From positions 72,412 through 136,411 of IMG/VR virus record IMGVR_UViG_3300030106_005509: 64,000 nucleotides of DNA. One strand, written 5' to 3'. The position numbers were made by a program, and so were the translations under genes. The notes below the pieces were generated by a model. It was not told where the DNA came from, made no database searches, and was given only the letters and a program-made list of their open reading frames with translations. How positions within the stretch are numbered: the first letter of the stretch is position 1; each line of letters starts with the position of its first letter. The stretch is from a virus. Positions 57,371 through 64,000 of the stretch are shown here, piece by piece.

Positions 57371-58463
57371 CTGATATAGCTTCCAGTATCTTTGCGATAG
57401 TATTGTCCCAAGAGAATTTCTTAGAAGTATCAATACCTGCCTGATTGATGTTCAGATTGTCAGACTGTTTAAGTTCATGAATACTCTTCATGTGTTCAGC
57501 AATCTGGTCAATTTCCTTGTCGCCAATACTAGCCCACTGACCTTGACCCTTGAACCAAACACCGTCCTGCGCATCCTCTAACTCAGAGACATCCACAAGC
57601 ATTGCATTTTCTTCATTCAAAAATTCTGTGTGTCCAGAATAATTCGTAGCAATAACCTGCTTGCCACACGCGAGCATTTCAAGAGCTTCTAAGTTCCAAC
57701 CCTCTGCTCTCGCTGGGAAAACACCACAGTCTGCTTGAGACATGATATTGTGAACATCTGACTGCGATTCCTGTCTTGGTATGATCCTAACTTTCTCACC
57801 AAGTCCAGAACCTCTGTAGGTTCTTTCCCAGTCAAAGTTTTGTTCATCACTGTAAAAAGGATTGTCACACATCATCCAAAGTTCAACATTGTCTTCCTTC
57901 GTAAACGCCCTGTTAAATGCGGTGACTAAGATGTCGTGTCCTTTTCTAACTTCCCACTTGCCAATATTCAGGAACACGGTAGTTGGTCTAGATGAAACAT
58001 TTTCCCTGAAAATAGTTCTGTCAACACCAAGAGGAATAACATGTACATCCTCCTCTTTTTTACTGTCTCCAAGCTGTTCCAACACAACATCTTTTGCCCA
58101 CTGTGAACAAACAAATAACTTCTCAGGAAGTGAGAGGTGATGCTTTTCACTTTCGGTGAATCTGTTTAACTCAAAGATTGGAAATCCAATCTTAGTTCCG
58201 TTTCCAACCCACTCAGACATGTCGTGCTGATGCCATATCCTAATACAAGGAGCTTCAAAATCAGGCACTCTCGCTGACTCAAAGCATCCCTTTAGAAAAT
58301 CGTGGAGTTTAGGATCAGCTTGAATCTGACCAAGCAAAAACAAAGAAACATCATGCCCATTACTGAGCATGTGTTTAACAATGTTAAGTCCCGCAATTCC
58401 ATAACCAAGCTGGTTAATTGGAGAAATGATATTTAGTTTTCTTGTGCTTTCTAAGAACGCCAT
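57363..58463 (-). CDS. glycosyltransferase family 4
   Basis: GYG, LGVD, GKWEVRKG, RAEGWNLEALE. Confidence 0.85.
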   Translation of the reverse strand: MAFLESTRKLNIISPINQLGYGIAGLNIVKHMLSNGHDVSLFLLGQIQADPKLHDFLKGCFESARVPDFEAPCIRIWHQHDMSEWVGNGTKIGFPIFELNRFTESEKHHLSLPEKLFVCSQWAKDVVLEQLGDSKKEEDVHVIPLGVDRTIFRENVSSRPTTVFLNIGKWEVRKGHDILVTAFNRAFTKEDNVELWMMCDNPFYSDEQNFDWERTYRGSGLGEKVRIIPRQESQSDVHNIMSQADCGVFPARAEGWNLEALEMLACGKQVIATNYSGHTEFLNEENAMLVDVSELEDAQDGVWFKGQGQWASIGDKEIDQIAEHMKSIHELKQSDNLNINQAGIDTSKKFSWDNTIAKILEAISDE

Positions 58464-58464
58464 C

Positions 58465-60951
<2,487 letters not shown>

Positions 60952-60969
60952 AATGAGACTCTTTTTAAT

Positions 60970-61010
60970 AAAAAATCCACCGACCATATAAACAATGAAT
61001 CGGCGGATTC
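60970..61010 (-). terminator. rho-independent terminator
   Basis: AAUCCGCCGA...UCGGUGGAUU followed by a U tract on the minus strand. Confidence 0.6.
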
Positions 61011-61033
61011 TATAATAGTCACTCGTATGTTTT

Positions 61034-61123
61034 TTACTTCTTAATTTCCGAGAGTGTATTCATTATGTCTACAAGAAAACCCAAACATAATGCAAACATA
61101 ACTATCGGAACTATCATAATCAT
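61034..61123 (-). CDS. putative 29-aa membrane peptide
   Basis: MIMIVPIVMFALCLGFLVDIMNTLSEIKK; ATG a few nt downstream of a TATAAT (61131-61136), with TTGACT at 61156-61161. Confidence 0.35.
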   Translation of the reverse strand: MIMIVPIVMFALCLGFLVDIMNTLSEIKK

Positions 61124-61157
61124 AGTTAGAATTATATACCTGTTTAGCAATGTAAAG

Positions 61158-61490
61158 TCAATCCTCTTTAGTTTCTCTATTAGACTCTTCATCGGACAAG
61201 CCTTTCTGAACTCCCGCTTTACTGAAGTTCTCAGCGAATTGTTTGAAGCCCTTTACGACCTCCTCTCTAGCTATCGGTCTTGCTATTCTTCTAATTGATG
61301 AGTGCATCTCATCTTCTATCATGCTCAAAAACATCTCAAGTTTCATAGCGGTATCATTAAGGTACATGTTACTATGAAGCGCATTAGCTTCGAGCTGGTT
61401 TATTCTTTTTCCTAATCTGTAATTGCTCAATCCTAAACATCCTATCGTGATTGCCATTATTGCTAGGCAAAGCATGTTTAGTTTCTTCAT
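61158..61490 (-). CDS. single-TM coiled-coil membrane protein
   Basis: N-terminal hydrophobic helix. Confidence 0.55.
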   Translation of the reverse strand: MKKLNMLCLAIMAITIGCLGLSNYRLGKRINQLEANALHSNMYLNDTAMKLEMFLSMIEDEMHSSIRRIARPIAREEVVKGFKQFAENFSKAGVQKGLSDEESNRETKED

Positions 61491-61492
61491 CG

Positions 61493-61858
61493 TTAAAACC
61501 TAAATTGAAAGTAAAACCCGCCAAATGGCATTGGGTATACGGGAACAGGCTGTGGTTGGATTATAACAGGAGGACAACACATACCACATCCGCACCAATG
61601 GGGGTGAAAGTTATGGTTGTTCCTAACCCAACTGTAATTCCTGTAGTAAGGATAATACATCGGTTGTCCAATTATGATTCTTCCTTGAGTGTGTCTTTGT
61701 TGAACTGGTTGTTGAGGTCTTTGCCATTGCTGCTTTCCAAAGCCATGAGGTCTTTGTACTGGTGGTTTAATTACTTTTCTCTCTACTTGTCTGTCCTGAG
61801 CATTGGCAACTGAACATGTCATTAACATTACCAACAAAAAGCCTAAAACCTTTTTCAT
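61493..61858 (-). CDS. secreted low-complexity Q/P/Y-rich protein
   Basis: Signal peptide ending ANA; C-terminal PVYPMPFGGFYFQFRF; GAGGTG RBS. Confidence 0.6.
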   Translation of the reverse strand: MKKVLGFLLVMLMTCSVANAQDRQVERKVIKPPVQRPHGFGKQQWQRPQQPVQQRHTQGRIIIGQPMYYPYYRNYSWVRNNHNFHPHWCGCGMCCPPVIIQPQPVPVYPMPFGGFYFQFRF

Positions 61859-61873
61859 ACTTCACCTCTTTCT

Positions 61874-61993
61874 TTACCAATTAAACAACGGAAACGTCTT
61901 TAGAAAATATATCAACGATATAAAAAATATAGTTCCGCTTATGTAGTAAGCGTTGGAACATAAAAAACTAATTATTAAACAAAAATTTTTCAT
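61874..61993 (-). CDS. putative 39-aa hydrophobic peptide
   Basis: MKNFCLIISFLCSNAYYISGTIFFISLIYFLKTFPLFNW; GAGGTG RBS. Confidence 0.45.
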   Translation of the reverse strand: MKNFCLIISFLCSNAYYISGTIFFISLIYFLKTFPLFNW

Positions 61994-62109
61994 TTGTCAC
62001 CTCTGGAAAAATCCTGCGCGACAAATCCTCCTTCAATTCACTAACTCACAACCGAATTTACTGTGACCAGACAGGATTCCATGAGACAAACCCAACCTGT
62101 TGCAATGTT

Positions 62110-62268
62110 TCAATTAGTGTATTCTCTTCTCCAAGCACTACGCTGTGCTTGTCGTGTTCTGCACCTCTTTGGGCGACTGTCATGAATTTGATGTGTATTG
62201 CCTTGATGACCTTTAGGTATCTTACCCACATCTATCTTCATGCTAATTGTTTTTTTGTTGTCTTTCAT
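62110..62268 (-). CDS. small basic protein (52 aa)
   Basis: Translated by hand: MKDNKKTISMKIDVGKIPKGHQGNTHQIHDSRPKRCRTRQAQRSAWRREYTN. Confidence 0.55.
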   Translation of the reverse strand: MKDNKKTISMKIDVGKIPKGHQGNTHQIHDSRPKRCRTRQAQRSAWRREYTN

Positions 62269-62273
62269 AAGGT

Positions 62274-62825
62274 CTAAACCTTGTTATAAACTTTGTCAAA
62301 GTCAAAGAACCTCCATCTATTCATGTGGTTCGCTTCTTCATCCTCGTTTATATGCCTCAAGTATTCCAATAGTTCACTCCAGTTAGAGAAGACCATATCA
62401 TGAGGCACAACACCAAACATCCAGTTAGGCAAGTTCTGCTTTCCTTGTTTGCACATTATGACAACAGGTTTTTTCTGAGCAATAGCTACTGACGCTTCGT
62501 GGTAAGAACCGCAAAGGTGAGAGTCAACATCTAAGCTCATCACAATAAAGTGTGCAATGTCAACCATTCTAAGGTCGATAGCACATATCGGTTTCATTAT
62601 CTCCGACACTTGATCGTACTTACCTGACTTCTTTAGATTGGTTATATGATCTCTGGTATCATGGTCTTCGGTTCCATAATCACTTGGTTTATCGCATGGA
62701 TCTAACACGCCAACACCAAGCTCTTGGAGTTTAGGAGTCATGTATTGTCTCCACTTTACTCCACCGTCTTCCACCCTGTCCATAGCTCCGCATAGATAGG
62801 CAGTCATGCCTTTTAATCTATTCAT
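62274..62825 (-). CDS. nucleoside 2-deoxyribosyltransferase-like protein
   Basis: YLCGAMD, WR, DP, D...VD, GS.HE, KPV. Confidence 0.7.
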   Translation of the reverse strand: MNRLKGMTAYLCGAMDRVEDGGVKWRQYMTPKLQELGVGVLDPCDKPSDYGTEDHDTRDHITNLKKSGKYDQVSEIMKPICAIDLRMVDIAHFIVMSLDVDSHLCGSYHEASVAIAQKKPVVIMCKQGKQNLPNWMFGVVPHDMVFSNWSELLEYLRHINEDEEANHMNRWRFFDFDKVYNKV

Positions 62826-62828
62826 ATT

Positions 62829-62837
62829 ATTATACAC
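62829..62837 (-). promoter_or_regulatory. GTGTATAAT promoter motif overlapping a stop codon
   Basis: GGT GTA TAA at the end of the upstream gene. Confidence 0.5.
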
Positions 62838-63318
62838 CTTTTTTATGTTTTGCAGACAAAGCATCCCTTACTAGGTCTTCAACTTTATCATACTTCTTTA
62901 ATTTAACCAAGTCAGATAGCAGCAATTTACATTCTTTGGCCGTAAAACCAAAACTTCTAAGGGCAAGTATAGCGTCTTTAACTATAGCTTTGTCCTGCTC
63001 TATTACATCCTTATCATGATCTGGGTCGCCAACAGTGTTCTCAGCATTGTAAACATGCTTGACTAACCATTCTCTAGCTCTGTGGTCGCCACTCTTTGCT
63101 TGGTATATAGCGGCTTGACATATATCGTCCCAGTCTGAACCTGTGCTTATGACTATGTTTGGTTGGTCATCATATTCAGGTTCTCTATAATGAAAGAAAC
63201 CTTTTGATATAATTCTTCCTAAGTTACCACCTGCGAATGTGATGAAGAATATAAGAGCGTACACAGCAGTCCATATGTAATAGGTCATGCCTTCTGGTGG
63301 ATCGTATCCAAATAGCAT
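62830..63318 (-). CDS. membrane protein with a C-terminal RuvA domain III/UBA-like module
   Basis: AGGAGG RBS; TM YIWTAVYALIFFITF; DAILALRSFGFTAKE...VEDLVRDAL. Confidence 0.55.
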   Translation of the reverse strand: MLFGYDPPEGMTYYIWTAVYALIFFITFAGGNLGRIISKGFFHYREPEYDDQPNIVISTGSDWDDICQAAIYQAKSGDHRAREWLVKHVYNAENTVGDPDHDKDVIEQDKAIVKDAILALRSFGFTAKECKLLLSDLVKLKKYDKVEDLVRDALSAKHKKGV

Positions 63319-63334
63319 AATTACCTCCTTTACG

Positions 63335-63376
63335 AAAGAACGGGACGACAGGCTGTATGGGCAACCTGTCATCCCG
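63335..63376 (-). terminator. rho-independent terminator after rIIB
   Basis: CGGGAUGACAGGUUG-CCCAUA-CAGCCUGUCGUCCCG followed by UUCUUU. Confidence 0.75.
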
Positions 63377-63396
63377 ATGGTGCAACGCACACCAAA

Positions 63397-64000
63397 CTAT
63401 GCGGTCATCAGGCTCGTCAGCGACTCGATACGCTCACGGACATTGTTACGCCATGCCTCGTCGTAGTGAGTCACTTCGACCTCTACAGGCGGCTTGTCGC
63501 TCATCTCAACGGAATCCTTGAGTGGGTCAGTGAATAGAGCCACAACCTCATACTTGCAACAACGCAACTTCTGGTATCGTGAATCGTGAGGTACACTCAC
63601 AACGTCCATAGGATTGACTTTGACCACCAAGAACTGGTCGCCACCATCTTCACTTCCATAGTCTTTGACATAATCCAAAGAGCCTACATGAAGTCCCTTG
63701 CTACAACCGTTGTTACGATTGCTATCAACATTACCTCGATCAACTTCAACTACATTACCAACTGAGTTGTCAAAGGTTCCACTCCACTTATCTTTGAAGT
63801 CTTTGTTCACAGCCTTGTACGCAAGGAAATGACCATCATCAGTGATAGGTAAGTGTTCATGTTGCATGAAGTCAAACAACTCCACAATAGCATGGTCAGA
63901 AGGATTCTCATTCATGTTGTTTAAGAACTCCAACATTGGTTGGAAGTTAAACCCTTCAGTCTTCATCTTCATGATACGCTCAGTGAATAGTTCTGGCATC
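63397..64000 (-). CDS. rIIB: rIIB-like protein (5' end outside window)
   Basis: PITDDG.FLAYK.V, DNSVG..V...R..VD......CS.GLHVG, VKVNP.DVVSVP.D...K.R.C.Y.V. Confidence 0.85.
   Translation of the reverse strand, partial: MPELFTERIMKMKTEGFNFQPMLEFLNNMNENPSDHAIVELFDFMQHEHLPITDDGHFLAYKAVNKDFKDKWSGTFDNSVGNVVEVDRGNVDSNRNNGCSKGLHVGSLDYVKDYGSEDGGDQFLVVKVNPMDVVSVPHDSRYQKLRCCKYEVVALFTDPLKDSVEMSDKPPVEVEVTHYDEAWRNNVRERIESLTSLMTA

Noticed and set aside
42313-58150. Nested minus-strand alternative-frame ORFs (42313-42504, 48691-49050, 51488-51676, 57968-58150)
   Set aside because: Each is contained within a better-supported gene and lacks motifs or an evident RBS.

Overview
This 64-kb window is most likely part of a large (jumbo) tailed bacteriophage genome of roughly 35-40% GC, judged by eye. 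About 90 densely packed genes all lie on the minus strand, many coupled by ATGA/TAATG overlaps; the plus-strand ORFs are antisense shadows. In transcription order (right to left) there are four blocks. (1) ~44-64 kb: rIIB, small membrane proteins and a mixed accessory block (KdsA, glycosyltransferases, PAP2, ClpP, a sigma factor, a DeoC-like pseudoenzyme, an M19 dipeptidase, probable virion proteins, holin-like protein, thioredoxin, Fcl-like protein). (2) Nucleotide metabolism: dCMP deaminase, class II B12-dependent RNR, dUTPase, PhoH. (3) Replication and recombination: RecA, DnaB, DnaG, dNMP kinase, Cas4-like nuclease, an intein-less split DnaE with a DnaQ-like exonuclease gene between the halves, SSB and a second sigma factor. 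(4) A contiguous island of about 31 genes over at least 26 kb for sugar synthesis, modification and transfer, running off the left edge. The best leads are this glycan island (a formamido-dideoxysugar module with a GT-aminotransferase fusion, and a Kdo-hydroxylase-like gene plus KdsA), the split DnaE, a structured RNA leader upstream of nrdJ, a recurring GTGTATAAT promoter motif, a shared 10-aa N-terminal leader resembling a capsid-targeting sequence, a dual-coding overlap and several pseudoenzymes. A Planctomycete-like Gram-negative host is a tentative inference. All family calls come from motif recognition by eye; no searches were run.
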